From the NCBI GenBank assembly GCA_038087875.1, contig CM075979.1, positions 14,446,001 to 14,510,000 of the forward strand: a DNA stretch of 64,000 bases. Direction: 5' to 3'. The stretch is from Malacoraja senta. Taxonomy: Eukaryota. Made by a program: the position numbers and the translations under genes. Positions 38,806 through 51,888 of the stretch are shown in pieces. Positions within the stretch are counted from its first letter, which is position 1. Each line of letters starts with the position of its first letter. A model generated the notes under the pieces. The model was not told the origin of the DNA. It did no database searches and worked only from the letters and a program-made list of their open reading frames with translations.

Positions 38806-39877
38806 TAACTACAGATGGATCATAATGCCATGTTTCATTTACCTATGGCATACAGATGTAATATTTATACTTAAGTAAATTAAATGCTGATCTTTTCTGT
38901 CTTGAAATAACTTGGATGCAATAAATGTCAAAAGTGGCATGTAAGCAAATTGTAAATAATACAAATAATAGGTAATTTAGATTTAACTACATGTTGTTTC
39001 CTCCATTTACTGCTGTAATTGCTGAGCACCTTTTAGAAAAAAATATCATTAATTATGGGCAACACTCATTGTAAATACATCGTTGCACATGATTAATATT
39101 TGAATTCATGGCCTGCAGTCCCATTATGCAAGATATTAATCCTTGCTGCATTATGCCTGGAAACCTTGAATGTTATTCATTGAATAACACAAATGGCTTT
39201 CCAGAGGGCATTCAGCCACATGGCACTTACCTTATAATCATCAGCATGTGAAAGTCTCTTGGGAATAATAACGATGAATAGTGGGAACATTCTGCCACAT
39301 AACTAGATGCCTGAAGTCTGTAAACAAAAATTGCCATCCACTTGGATAAAAGAATAATGAATTACTCTGTCCCTCCACCCTTGACCTTGCCTTGACAACA
39401 GCAACTAGAGGGGATTCAAGAGATCCAGAAAAATAATTGCTGCTGGCTCAAAGAAAACAGGGAGCCTGCTTTTCCTTTCTAATAGAGATGTGAATGAAGG
39501 GAAAGACTCCGCGCAGACATGGCCCACAATAGTAATCTTTTAATCCCTATTAAATAATTAGGGTGGAATTGAAAGGGCACTTGTGAAACAAAAGGAAATC
39601 TGCTTCCTAATTTGTACAGCACAACAAAATATTCCATAGATGAGAGGCAGCATTTTTTCTTCAGGTGACATCATTAACACACACAATTAAATGATTGCCA
39701 ACAGAAAAGTGTGAACATAGAGCAGAACTTCGGCTGCTAATTGTTTTGCTTGCTGGCCTGCTGAGAGTTGCATTTTCAGTTCAACTCAATACTTGAATTA
39801 CTTACCGTAATTCTTTAAAGAATATCTACTTCCAGTCACATCAAAATTTGGGATTCCCCAAAGTAATTTCACTCACA

Positions 39878-40056
39878 GATAGACACAAAATGCTGGAGTA
39901 ACTCAGCGGGACAGGCAGCATCTCTGGGGAGAAGGGTCCCCAGAAGACCTTTAGAAGGGTCTCAACCCTAAACGTCACCCATACCTGTCCCACTGAGTTA
40001 CTCCAACATTTTGTATCCATCTTCAGTGTAAACCAGCATCTGCAGTTACTTCCTAC
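39878..40056. mobile_element. Fold-back PLE-derived element
   Basis: 14-bp TSD taatttcactcaca (39864-39877, 40057-40070); inverted arms. Confidence 0.88.
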
Positions 40057-40350
40057 TAATTTCACTCACATTTGATTTGCTGGATACAAATTCACTACTC
40101 ACACACACTTGTAAAATTACTGAACTGATTAATTGCTGAAAGTTGCTCAAAGGGCAACTGTCTTTATTATGCAGGCATTATTTTGATGTTTATTCCAACA
40201 TTTCTTTAACTAATAGCATTACTGTGCTATCAACATAACTGTCCGGTAGGCGGGAGTTAAAATATAACATGGACTTATGTTTATATGAAATTTCTTCCAA
40301 TAGTGCAACAGTTTTCCAATGACAGACTAAAATGCAGAGGCAATAAGTAA

Positions 40351-40684
40351 AGGGCCTGTCCCACTTAGGTGATTTTTTAGGCGACTGCCGGCGATTAGGC
40401 TGTCGCCGGAGTGTCGCTTATATGGTCATGAGTAGTCTCCCCAGTCGCCCATAGAGTCGTAGCGTTTTTCTAGTCGCTGCTGGATTTTGAAATGTTCAAA
40501 ACTTTTCGGCGACAGTCGGCAACCGTAGGCTTGTCGTAGATTGTCTTCTGCTGACGTAGGTGCTGTCATAGATTGTAGGCTTTCGCCAGGATGGCATAGG
40601 TTGTCGTCGGTACTGACTTCAGTGAATTCCATTGTCGAAGTCGCCGGCAGTCACCTAAAAAATCACCTAAGTGGGACAGGCCCA
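40351..40684. mobile_element. PIF/Harbinger-type MITE
   Basis: About 44-bp TIRs agggcctgtcccacttaggtgattttttaggcgactgccggcga; TSD taa/tta. Confidence 0.9.
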
Positions 40685-40848
40685 TTACTCCAGGTTTTTC
40701 GGCGACCTTCTACGACTATGACAATCACCGGCAGTCGTCTAAAAAATTGCCTTAAGGAACCACAACCATTCCAAGTCAATAAGGAGGTTAATAATTAATG
40801 ATAGCCACACTTTGGGTTTGTCCATTAGCAACCACTGGAAATACATAA

Positions 40849-41835
40849 TTGAATGAATGAATGAATGAATGAATAAGTTTATTGGCCAAGTATCAACACA
40901 TACAAGGAATTTGCCTTGGTGCTCCGCTTGCAAGTAACAACACGACATACAGTAAACAATTAAGAATAAAACATAAAACATTAAAATATTAAGAATAAAA
41001 CATTATAGTTTAAACATGTGAATGAAATAAAATACCAGAGCAAAAGAAGGCTATGTAGGCCCCGCTCGGTCATGACTGACCATGGGTGATGCATCCTAGT
41101 TGTTGGCTGCTTGCTCCAAACCTCGGCTAAAGCAGCGTCGCTTGTGGCTGAAGAGACCAATGCGGGAGTGACAGTTCTGTGGCAAAGGTCACATTTGTGT
41201 GTGGTCTCTGGTTTGTTGAGGCTACAGGCTTTTGGTTATTGAGTAGAGCTACTGCTCATGGATAAAAAAGCTGTTTTTATGTCTGGCTGCGGCAGCTTTG
41301 ACAGTCCAGAGTCGCCTTCCAAAGGGAAGCGCTTCAAAGAATTTGTCGCCAGGGTGAGGGGGGGTCAGAGATGATCTTATCCGCTTGCTTCCTGGCCCTT
41401 GCAGTGTACAGTTCATCAATGGGGGGAAGGTTGCAGCCAACAACCTTCTCAGCTGATCGAACGATTATTGCTGCAGCCTCCGGATGTCGTGCTTGGTGGC
41501 TGAACAAACCAGACCGTGATTGAGAAGGCGACGACAGACTCTGCAATGACAGTATAGAATTGGACCATCATTGCCTGTGGCAGATTGTGCTTCCTCAGCT
41601 GCCGCAGGAAGTAATCCTCTGTTGTGCCTTTTTGACTGTGGAGTCGATGGTGGCCGAGCCATTTAATGTCCTTGGAGATGATGGTTCCAAGGAACTTAAA
41701 AGACTCCACAGATGTGACTGTGGTGTTGTTGATGGTGAGTGGGGGGGAGGGGAGGGGGAGCTCTCCTAAAGTCTACTATCAATACCACTGTCTTAAGAGC
41801 ATTGAACGCCAGGTTGTTACGAAGGCACATGATGC
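40849..41835 (-). mobile_element. Rex1-like LINE 3' fragment with (ATTC)n tail
   Basis: ESFKFLGTIISKDIKW...YFLRQLRKHNLPQ; same family as 61901-62441. Confidence 0.88.
41055..41217 (-). mobile_element. RTE LINE extreme 3' end nested in the Rex1-like copy
   Basis: Encodes (with a frameshift) KCDLCHR..SRIGLFSHKRRC, an RTE C-terminal Zn-finger-like motif; TSD aggcta. Confidence 0.75.
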
Positions 41836-43133
41836 CAGCTGTGTCACAATTGGAAGGAAGGACATAGGACATTTATTGTCACATACACCAATCGGTGCAG
41901 TGAAACTTGAGTTACCATGAGAAACCTGAGCACACAAATAAGATAAACACAACTAGCAAACAGACTAGCAAACAAAACCCAAATCTTATTTAAATGGTGT
42001 GAGGCTTTGGAATGCTGTGAATACATTATGATATTGATATGTGAGACGTAATACAGGTCAGGCCACACCTGGAGTACTCTGTACAGCCTTTGTTTCTTTG
42101 TTTAGGGATAGATGTACTTGCGCGGGAGATAATTCAGAGAAATTGCACTTGGTTGATTTTGTTTTCATGAAGAAAGGTTGAATAGGGTGAGCCATTACTC
42201 GTATCAGTTTAAAAGGATGAGGGATCAATTTATTGAAACAAGCAAGATTCTAGAAGGATTTGACAGGGTGGAAACAGTGAGGATATTAGTCATTAGTTTA
42301 TTGTCACGTGTGACAAGTATTTGTTGCATACTTACCAGTCGGCGGAGTGGCAATACATGATTACAATCGAGCCATCCACAGCGTACAGATATATGATGAA
42401 GGGAATATAATTTAGTGCAAGATAAGCCAAATGTCCGATCAAAGATAGTCCGACGGTTTCCAATGAAGTAGATAGTAGTTCAGGATTGCTCTGTAGTTGT
42501 TGGTAGGATGGTTCAGTTGCCTGATAATAGCTGGGAAGAAACTGTCCCTGAACTGTCCCAAGTGGAGAATCTAAAGCTGTTGCATTGTTTCAAATAAGGG
42601 GTTGTTCATTTAGCAAGGAGAAGTGAAGGAATTTCTTCTCTCCTTGTTTTCTCTGTTGGTTCTTTGCAATTTTCAACTGCAGAGAGCTCTGGAGGCTGAA
42701 TTTTGAATATATCCAAGGTTGAGATTGCTTCTTGGATATCTAGAAGGGCGTTGGGAAACAGGGAGTTGAGAATAAGGTCAAACCGGCCATGATCTTATTG
42801 TATGGAGGAGCAGGCTTGAGAAGCTCTATGGCCTGCTCCCATTTTACCTGGTCTTAATGAACCATAGCTATGTACATAACAGTGTAACAACAACAGCAAA
42901 CTCTCAATCTTTACTATATGGTTGAACACATAGACACAAAATAACTCACTTCGTTTTGACATGTAACTACTTCTTTATAAGGTATTTGGATTTTTTAAGT
43001 CATCCTGAAGACAAACAAGGTCATTATAATGCCACAAAGTACAATAAACATTTTTTTATTTTGGTGCCATTGAATGACATCATTCTTTCACACTTTACAA
43101 CAAACGTTTTTTTGTAGCCATCTTTCACTTCTA

Positions 43134-43333
43134 NNNNNNNNNNNNNNNNNNNNNNNNNNNNNNNNNNNNNNNNNNNNNNNNNNNNNNNNNNNNNNNNNNN
43201 NNNNNNNNNNNNNNNNNNNNNNNNNNNNNNNNNNNNNNNNNNNNNNNNNNNNNNNNNNNNNNNNNNNNNNNNNNNNNNNNNNNNNNNNNNNNNNNNNNNN
43301 NNNNNNNNNNNNNNNNNNNNNNNNNNNNNNNNN
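43134..43333. other. Assembly gap
   Basis: Run of N. Confidence 1.
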
Positions 43334-43588
43334 GTCACACCAATTACTCTGACAAAGTCAAAGTAGTGTCACAAGTGTTGGATGTAAGTTGCACTAGAAT
43401 GTCTCTGATATGATTCATAATAGACTTGCAAGCTTTTGTAAAATAGGACACCCAATGTTTCGTACTAAATGGCAGTAGATGATTGTTAAATAAAAATATA
43501 ATTGATCACTGATGTTGCTATGATTGATATGATCTCTTGGATTGGTGGTGATTACTTGGGAGACCAGAAACCAATTTCCCAAATACCC

Positions 43589-43828
43589 CGTGTAAGAAAG
43601 AATTGCAGATGCTGGATAAAATTGAAGGTAGGCACAAAATGCTGGAGTAACTCAATGTGTGAGGCAGCGTCTATGGAGAGACAGAATGGGTGACGTTTTG
43701 GGTCGAGGCCCTTCTTCAGTCGAGACTCTTCTTCAGTCTGAAGAAGGGTCACGACCCAAAACGTCACCCATTCCTCCTCTCCATTGATGCTGCCTCACCC
43801 GCTGAGTTACTCCAACATTTTGTCTACC
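43589..43828. mobile_element. Fold-back PLE-derived element with hammerhead motifs on both strands
   Basis: 13-bp TSD ttcccaaataccc (43576-43588, 43829-43841); motifs at 43692-43719 (-) and 43738-43765 (+). Confidence 0.88.
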
Positions 43829-45341
43829 TTCCCAAATACCCTGTTTTATGTTCCTTCTCCCATGTGTGAAGTACTTATTCAAGATGCTCCAAGTATTGAA
43901 TATGTGGCAAGCTCGATAGATCAGCTTGTCTCTTCTTAACCATAATTTCTGCATGATCATACACCAAGAATAAATGTTGCTGCATTGTAAAATGCAAACA
44001 TAACAACAGCACTAAATTACCTTTGCCGTATTGAAACATCCCAAACTATTCTCATAGGAAATTGATCAGAAAATCCATGATATTGGAAAGAAACATAAAT
44101 GACCAAGTGCCTGGTTTTGGGTCAGGATGTAAAAGAGGAGAGAGAGAGACAAAGAGATTTGAGGAAGAAATTCTAGAGCCTTAATCCTATACACATTGGA
44201 TTATCCTATACACTATACACATAATCCTATTCGCTCGGTGGCACAGCAGTAGAGTTGCAGCCTTACAGCGCCAGAGACCCAGGTTCGATCCTGACATTGG
44301 GTGCTATCTGTATGAAGTTTGTAGGCAATAGACAAGAGACAATAGGTGCACGAGTAGGCCATTCAGCCCTTTGAGCCAGCACCGCCATTCAATGTGATCA
44401 TGGCTGATCATCCCCAATCAGTACCCCCGTTCCTCCCTTGTCCCCATATCCCCTGACTCCTCTATCTTTAAGAGCCCTATCTCACTCTCTCTTGAAAGTA
44501 TCCAGAGAACCGGCCTCCATCGCCCTCTGAGGCAGAGAATTTCACAGACTCACAACTCTCTGTGTGAAAAAGTGTTTCCTCATCTCTGTTCTAAATGGCT
44601 TACCCCTTATTCTTAAACTGTGGCCCCTGGTTCTGGACTGCCCCAACATCGGGAACATGTGTCCTGCCTCTAGCATGTGTCAAAACCCTTCATAATCTTA
44701 TATGTTTCAGTAAGATCCCCTCTCATCCTAAATTCCAATGTATACAAGCCCGGTTGCTCCATTCTCTCAGCATATGACAGTCCCGCCATCCCGGGAATTA
44801 ACCTTGTAAACCTACGCTGCACTCCCTCAATAGCAAGAATGTCCTTCCTCAAATTAGGGGACCAAAACTGCACATAATACTCCAGGTGTGGTCTCACTAG
44901 GGCCCTGTACGACTGCAGAAGGACCTCTTTGCTCCTATACTCAATTCCTATTGTTATGAAGGCCAACATGCCATTCACTTTCTTCACTGCCTGCTGTACC
45001 TGCATGCTTACTTTCATTGACTGATGAACAAGGCCCCTCAGATCCCGTTGTCCTTCCCCTTTTCCCAACTTGACACAATTTAGATAATAATCTTCTTCCT
45101 GTTTTTGCTACCAAAGTGGATAACCTCACATTCATCCACATTAAACTGCATCTGCCATGCATCTGCCCACTCACCCAACCTGTCCAAGTCACCCTGCATT
45201 CTCATAACACAGGGCTTGAAATTAGCGGTTGCCCGGGTGCCAATGGCAACTTACAGTCCCGCCGGGCAACCTAAAAGCCATGCCATTTTGCCCGGCTTGG
45301 CAAGCAACCGGGACACCCGCCCGCCATCCGCGTCCGGGTCT

Positions 45342-45472
45342 CGGCTCTCGGCTCAGCGCTAGCTCTCGGCTCGGCGCTAGCTCTCGGCTCTCGGCTCTCA
45401 GCGCTAGCTCTCGGCTCGGCGCTAGGCTCTCGGGTCTCCGCTCGGCTCTCGGGTCTCGGGTTTCCGCTCGGC
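45342..45472. repeat. ctcggct / ctcggcgctag degenerate tandem repeat
   Basis: Seen directly. Confidence 0.85.
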
Positions 45473-46799
45473 ACGGCCGGCCGCCGAGCACATCATCTGC
45501 CGTGGTTGTGCGCATGTGCGGCCCTGCACATGCGCACTGCCACGGCAACTGGTCGGCGTCGGCCACTTTCTCCCTCCCTTTGCATTGTGGGAGTTCTGGC
45601 CACCATTGCTGTCCGGTCGCTGCCTCACCTGGAGTAACTCTTGCTTCTTGGTTTCCAGGTCCTCCAAAAATATTCGAAATGGAATTTAAACTGGTGGACC
45701 CACCACCACCAAACTCCAAACTCTGAAAAATAACAGCCTATTGCATTTTATCTGTTTATTTATTGTGTATATATATGGTCTATAGTATATAGACACACTG
45801 AACTTTTATCTCCTGTTCTGTATTATGTTTACATATTCTGTTGTACTGCAGCAAGCAAGAATTTCATTGCCCTATCTGGGACACATGACAATAAAACTCT
45901 CTTGACTCTTGACTTGGACTTAAGCAAAAAAGGGTTCTTGGGGAAAAAAAAAGCTACCTTAAATTTAGTTGCGTCTGGTTGGGTAACTATGGTAGGGTGA
46001 AGACTATTCCATGCTTTAATTGTGCGGGGGAACTCCATGGAGCAGCCAGCAACTCTGGATAGAAAGAAATGGGTGACGTTTCGGGTAGAAACCCTTTCTT
46101 TACATTTCATCTGGTTTTAGTGTTTTTAGTTTAATTTAAAGGTACAGTGTGGAAACAGGCCCTTCGGCCCACCGAGTCCACGCCGACCACGATCACCCGT
46201 ACTCTAGTTCTATCCCACACATCGGCAACGTAAGTCAAGAGTGTTTTATTCTCTCACGTCCCAGTTAGAACAATGAAATCCTTACTTGCAGCAGCACAAC
46301 AGAATATGTAAACATAGTACTCTGTAAGCAATGTTATAAACAAGAAAACAAAACTCCATACAGGATCAATTCCGGGTCTCTGGCAATTTTAGGCAGCAAA
46401 TTTATGGCCAATGTACTGTCCCAATAGCCTTGAACTGAATTAAAACATACAGTAGCTGTAAAGGGGAACATAGCGTCACTTAGAGATTTAAGACTGAAAA
46501 TGGATAGTTTCTTTTTTTTTAGTAACCAAAGTTATCAACGTATAATTTTTTGTGTGTTGGAAAATAAAATATAGTGGCACAGCTGGTGGACTTGCTGCCT
46601 CACATGCCAGAGATCTGTGTTTGATCCTGTTCTCGGGCACTGTCTGTGTTGAATTTGCACATTCTCCCTGCAAGCATGTGGGTTACCTCCCACATCCCAA
46701 AGAAAGGCATTGGCTTTGTAGGTTAACTTATCTCTGTAAAATTGCCCCTAATGTGCAGGGAGTGGGTGAGGAAAGTGGGATAACAGAACTTGTGTGAAT

Positions 46800-47250
46800 G
46801 TGTGGACAAAAATGCTGGAGAAACTCAGCAGGTGAGGCAGGATCTATGGAGCAAAGGAAATAGGCGACGTTTCGGGTCGAGACCCTTCTTCAGATTGATG
46901 TCGGGAGGGGTGGGGGGCGGGAAAAAGAAAGGAAGAGGCGGAGACAGTAGGCTGTGGGAGAACTGGGAATGGGAGGGGAGGGAGGGAGAAAGCAAGGACT
47001 ACCTGAAATTAGAGAAGCCAATGTTCATACCGCTGGGGTGTAAACTACCCAAGCAAAATATGAGGTGCTGTTCCTCCAATTTGCGGTGGGCCTCAATCTG
47101 GCCCTGGAGGAGGCCCAGGACAGAAAGGTCGGATTCGGAATGGGAGGGGGAGTTGAAGTGCTGAGCCACCGGGAGATCAGGTTGGTTATTGCAAACTGAG
47201 TGGAGGTGTTGTGCGAAGCGATCGCCAAGCCTGCACTTGGTCTCACCGAG
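46800..47250 (-). mobile_element. Penelope-like 3' end, GIY-YIG C-terminus plus terminal repeat
   Basis: GETKCRLGDRFAQHL...LPVAQHFN...RKLEEQHLIFCLGSLHPSGMN. Confidence 0.9.
46866..46893 (-). ncRNA. Minimal type-I hammerhead ribozyme motif, consensus-perfect
   Basis: CUGAAGA-A-GGGU-cucg-ACCC-GAAA-C-GUC: conserved core, helix II, ACGU palindrome in place of helix III, GUC cleavage triplet. Confidence 0.75.
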
Positions 47251-48457
47251 GTTGATCATACGCTGAATAACCATATTTTTGTTTGGAAGTGGAAAGAAAT
47301 AATAGAAATTGCATTAATTGCAATGTGTAAAAAGAGTTGAGATACTGTATTATAATTTTGCTGCATGTCATTGTGGTATATATCATGTCTTGATTGGTGA
47401 ATATGTTAAGTTTGTGACTTTATTTGAAGCAGAAATAATATGTGAATGCTTCATTGAGCATAAATCCGACTGGTAACTACGCACTTCGTCCGAGCACATT
47501 ATCGCACGCGTCATGCAATCCGCCTTAAATGACCACCTAAACTGTCATTTGGCAACCTAAAAAGCTGCCGAGGTTGCCCGGCTGGCAACAGGGAAAAAAA
47601 GTTAAGCGAGAGCCCTGTAGCATCCTCGTCACAGTTCACACTGCCACCCAGCTTTGTGTCATCTGCAAATTTGCTAATGTTACTTAGAATCCCTTCATCT
47701 AAATCATTGATGTATATTGTAAATAGCTGCAGTCCCAGCACCGAGCCTTGCGGTACCCCACTAGTCACTGCCTGCCATTCTGAAAGGGACCTATTAATCC
47801 CTACTCTTTGTTTCCTGTCTGCCAACCAATTTTCTATCCATGTCAGCACTCTGCCCCCAATACCATGTGACCTTCTTTTGCCCACTAATCTCCTATGTGG
47901 GACCTTATCAAATGCTTTCTGAAAGTCCAGGTACACTACATCCACTGGCTCTCCCTTCTCCATGTTCCTAGTTACATCCTCAAAAAAAAGTACCTTCTCC
48001 CTGTAACAGCATGAGTTTTCTTCGGGTACTCTGGTTTCCTCCCATACCCCAAAGACGTGTAGGTTTGTAGGTTAATTGGCTTTGGTAAATTGTGAATTGT
48101 TCATAGTGTGTAGGATAGTGCTATTGTATGGGGTGAACGCTGGTCGGCGCGGACTCGGTGGGTCCAAAGGCTTGTTTCCGCATTGTATCTCAAAAGTAAA
48201 AGTAAAGTAAAACTATACTGTTGAAGTCATGGGCACCAATGATGCCGGGCATGGGTGTGGGGTAAAGCTGTGAAAGAACTAGGAGAAGCTCAAGATCTCG
48301 AGAAAGTTAGGAATGAGGCCAGCAAAGGATTTGAATGAAAGTTCGATCATCTTAAAATTGAGCCTTTGCTGTCCCATAATCGAAAGCAAACACAGGGGCA
48401 AAAGGATCCCAACGCCTTTTTTAAAGCCAAAATGAAAATAATCTGTTACTATTCCTT

Positions 48458-48781
48458 TTAGAAACAGAAACATAGAAAACAAGTGCAGGAGTAGGCTATT
48501 CAGCCCTTCGAGCCAAAATGATCAATATGATCATGGCTGATCATCCAAAATCAATACCCCGTCCTGCTTTCTCCCCATATTCCTTGATTCTGTTAGCCCC
48601 AAGAGTTATATCTAACTCTCTCTTGAATGCATCCAATGAATTGGCCTCCACTGCCTTCTGTGGTAAAGAATTCCACAGATTCACAACTCTCTGGGTGAAA
48701 ATGTTTTTCCGCATCTCAGTCCCAAATGGCCTACCCCTTATTCTTAAACTGTGATCCCTGGTTCTGGACTCCCCCAACATC
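48458..48781 (-). mobile_element. CR1 3' end
   Basis: FTQRVVNLWNSLPQKAVEANSL. Confidence 0.85.
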
Positions 48782-48904
48782 ACAATCGCAAATGCAATCT
48801 GGAGGCATGACACCTCATATTTCCCCCAGGTAATCTATAACCCATAGATTGTAGCACCAATCTTGCACAACTGCCATAGCACAATTAATGGCATAACCCA
48901 GGAA

Positions 48905-49265
48905 GTTTTTTTATCGTTGTGGTGGCAGTAACGACGATGGCGGGTTGTGAAATCTCAATTCTGGTGAGTTATGACATGACTCACGAGACAGTGAAGAGGG
49001 CTGCACAAAAAACCTTGACTTTAAGGTGGAGAAGCTGTTGCACTGTAACAACCCCACCCTCTTGGCCGCAGAAGTCAGAATCCAGTGGTATGAAAAATCA
49101 TCACGGCTGGGGACTTCTTGGCTGCAGTGGATGGCCATGTCGTCTTTAGTGCTCTGACTAGTCCTTCGCATTCTACAATGCGTTGCTCCGGTGCCTTTCC
49201 AGCCGTTGCTTCATAAAGATCTCTTCCGTCTGGTCCGCCGAAGCAGACTTTCCATGACCAATGAG
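48905..49265 (-). mobile_element. Putative short non-autonomous retroelement with A-tail (RTE-like)
   Basis: Poly-T at 48906-48912 next to atcgttgtggtggcagtaacgacg; GC-rich body; family uncertain. Confidence 0.4.
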
Positions 49266-49324
49266 TATGTTCCACAGGTTGAACTGGACTACATGGTACC
49301 AGTTGCAAGGCTATGCCTTGACCT

Positions 49325-50045
49325 GACAGTATATACAGATACACAGACATATATATACATACATACATATATAAATACATACATACATACAGATATCCAT
49401 GCATAATCAACATAAAAACATAAAACATCAAACCACAGTAGGACCAGCGCTTCCCGCTGTGATGGAAGGCACAAATGTTCAGTCAATCCTCCTCGTTCTA
49501 TGGACCCGAGGTCGGGGCCCTGAAACCCTCCGCAGTAGCCGCTATGGACGGCCCGAAGTACAGGCCCTCTTGCCGGGACGGTGGAAGCTCCAACGTCTGG
49601 ACGGATCAGAACAGCCCGCGGCTCGGACTTTCCCGAGTTGGCTGCTGCTCACCGGATACCGCGGCTTCATGATGACAGGTCCACAGGCCGCGCAGTCAGA
49701 ACACCTCTTCAGGCGAATCCTCGGCAAAGGTCGCTAGTAGCTCTGCAAAGGTCGCAGGCAGCTCTGCGATGTTAAATTCCGTGCAGCGCCCGCGTCTAGA
49801 AGCTCCACAGGCTAAGCTCCATGATGTTAAGGCAGGCCCCTTTGGTCGCAGCCCCAACATGGGCGATCCTCGGCGAAGGACCGCAGCTCTGCGATTGAAG
49901 TCCACATTGTGCCTGTTGCTGAAGCTCTAGGCTCTGGGCTGGGCTCCGGTCGGAAAGGCCGCGCCAATCCAGTTGATAAGCCGCGAGGAAGGCGAAATGT
50001 AAAGCCAGCCAAAAATGTTTCCATTCTCCATGTGTTAGAAATACC
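49325..50045 (-). mobile_element. GC-rich non-coding element related to the 2864-3460 family
   Basis: Shares ccacagt...ctgtg..ggaaggcacaaatgttcagtc motif; (ATAC)n tract at 49335-49392. Confidence 0.45.
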
Positions 50046-50071
50046 AAGTAATAAAATAGAATGGTATTTAG

Positions 50072-50495
50072 TTGTCAAGAGTAAAGTCAAGAATGTTTAA
50101 TTGTCATATGCTCTGAGAAAGGAATTCAAACTTGCTGCAACTGTACAGGCACGTTTACACATTCATGCAATCAAAAAAATATACAACAGATTATCAATAA
50201 TACTAAGTAACCAGTCATAATAAAAGATTGTTGCTGAGGTAGGGTTGTGGTTAGGGTTGTGCAGTGTGGTTCAAGAGCCTTATCATCGATGGGAAGAAGC
50301 CGTTCCTGAACCTGGAGGTCATTGTTATTAAGCTCCTGTACTTACTTCCTGATGGTAACAGTGAGGTGAGAGTGATGCTGGGGTAATGTGGGTCTTTGAT
50401 GATATTAGCTGCCTTTTTGAGGCAGCACTTTCGGCAGATCCTGTCAATGGTGAGGTCAATGATGAAGATGGACTGGGGAATTCAACCACTTTCTT
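50072..50495 (-). mobile_element. Rex1-like 3' fragment, degraded
   Basis: gttcctgaacctggagg...gcctttttgaggcagc, homologous to 25740-25870. Confidence 0.7.
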
Positions 50496-50952
50496 AACAT
50501 GCATACAAAAATGCTGGAAATATCATAAGAAAAACATGATATAAAATGATATTACCAAAAAAAACCTCCTATTAATAGGAATTATATAGTTGAATATTAC
50601 TATAACAGCAATGTAGTTTTGATGCCCTTGTTAGTATGCACATAACATTCCCTCTAAGGTCAAAGAAAACATGATGACAGAGAGCATTTTTGTTCACATC
50701 TTTGGTTGTCAGGCTTCAAATTGGTTTTACATTGTTTTCAATTGTTTATAATTCCACTATTTAGTTTAACAACCCTCAGGAGGATTTTATAACAGCAAAG
50801 TGATAAGCATAGGACCAAATGGGGTCCTTCACTGAAAATAAGGATCAGTGCACAAACTATTGTCATTATTCTTTCTCCTATTCCTTTCACCTCAGAGTTG
50901 GATTACTATTCACAATTTACAATCTTCACGTAAAATCCCCCCCCCCCCCCTT

Positions 50953-51180
50953 CATAACGTCATAAGTGGTAGGAGCAGAATTAGGCCATTCAGCCCATCG
51001 TCTACTCGGCCATTCAATCATGGCTGATCTATCTCTCCCTCCGAACCCCATTCTCCTGTCTTCTCCCCATAACCCCTGACACCCGAACTAATCAAGAATC
51101 TATCTATCTCTGCCTTAAAAATATCCATTGACTTGGCCTCCAGAGCCTTCTGTGGCAAAGAATTCCACAGATTCACCACA
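50953..51180 (-). mobile_element. CR1 3' end
   Basis: aggagcagaattaggccattcagccc...gaattccacagattcacc. Confidence 0.8.
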
Positions 51181-51888
51181 TATTATTTCACGGAATAATT
51201 GACTTGTATGTTAATTTTCAGAAAGTGAAGTTTCACCAGCCAAAGTGAATTTTCACCAGTAACAGTCTTCCCAGTTATGTTAGAACAATCTATTAGAAAA
51301 TGTTGCAAAGGTATTGCTGGAGGTGTATAAACAGATTAATTAATTTGAGAATATGAACTTACTCCACGCATTAATGAAAGAGAAATAGAGCCAACAAGTT
51401 CCATGTAAGCATAGAGCATGCGGTGGATGCATTAATGATCCATCTTAAATAGCCTCAAGAAACTACGATGTGGAGGCAATAACTGAAACTTGTGGCTTAA
51501 CTATGGTGAGAGATGGCTGCTGAACATCCATGTATAAGAAGTGTTCAGAAATTATAGGAAAGGTGAAAAGCTAACAGAGTAGCAATATTGATCAGGAAGG
51601 CATTGTTGTGTTGGAAGGATAAGATGTCTTGGAGGTGTGAAGTAAAAGGATCTTTTGATCCACCACATTCATGCTGACCTTTTTGCCGATCTACTCTGAT
51701 CACTGTTAGCATTGTATCCTTCAATGATTGCATACTTAAATGTCTTAAAATGACAATTGTATCTGATTCTATCACCTCATCGGGCAACACATTCCAGATA
51801 TCAATCTTGAGGAGGCAAGAACAAAATCTATACAGTTGGAGGTACGGTGCCAAAAGGATCTAATTTAAAAAAAAATAATAATAAAAAA

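Larger units (their letters stand above)
45210..47617. mobile_element. CAGGG-ended non-autonomous DNA transposon with heterogeneous interior
   Basis: Termini cagggct / agccctg; subterminal gttgcccgg and ggcaac motifs at both ends; 5-bp duplication taaca/tagca restores the CR1 sequence. Confidence 0.75.
44324..47988 (-). mobile_element. Little-diverged CR1 LINE, 5'-truncated, interrupted at 45210-47617
   Basis: RT motifs VYLDFQKAFDKVPHRRL, GVPQGSVLG, KFADDTKLGG (47511-47963) and C-terminal ORF 44670-45068. Confidence 0.92.
44232..48213 (+). mobile_element. HE1-like V-SINE split by a CR1 insertion (halves 44232-44323 and about 47990-48213)
   Basis: SINE stops at gaagtttgta and resumes at gtaccttctccc in the V-domain. 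Confidence 0.85.
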
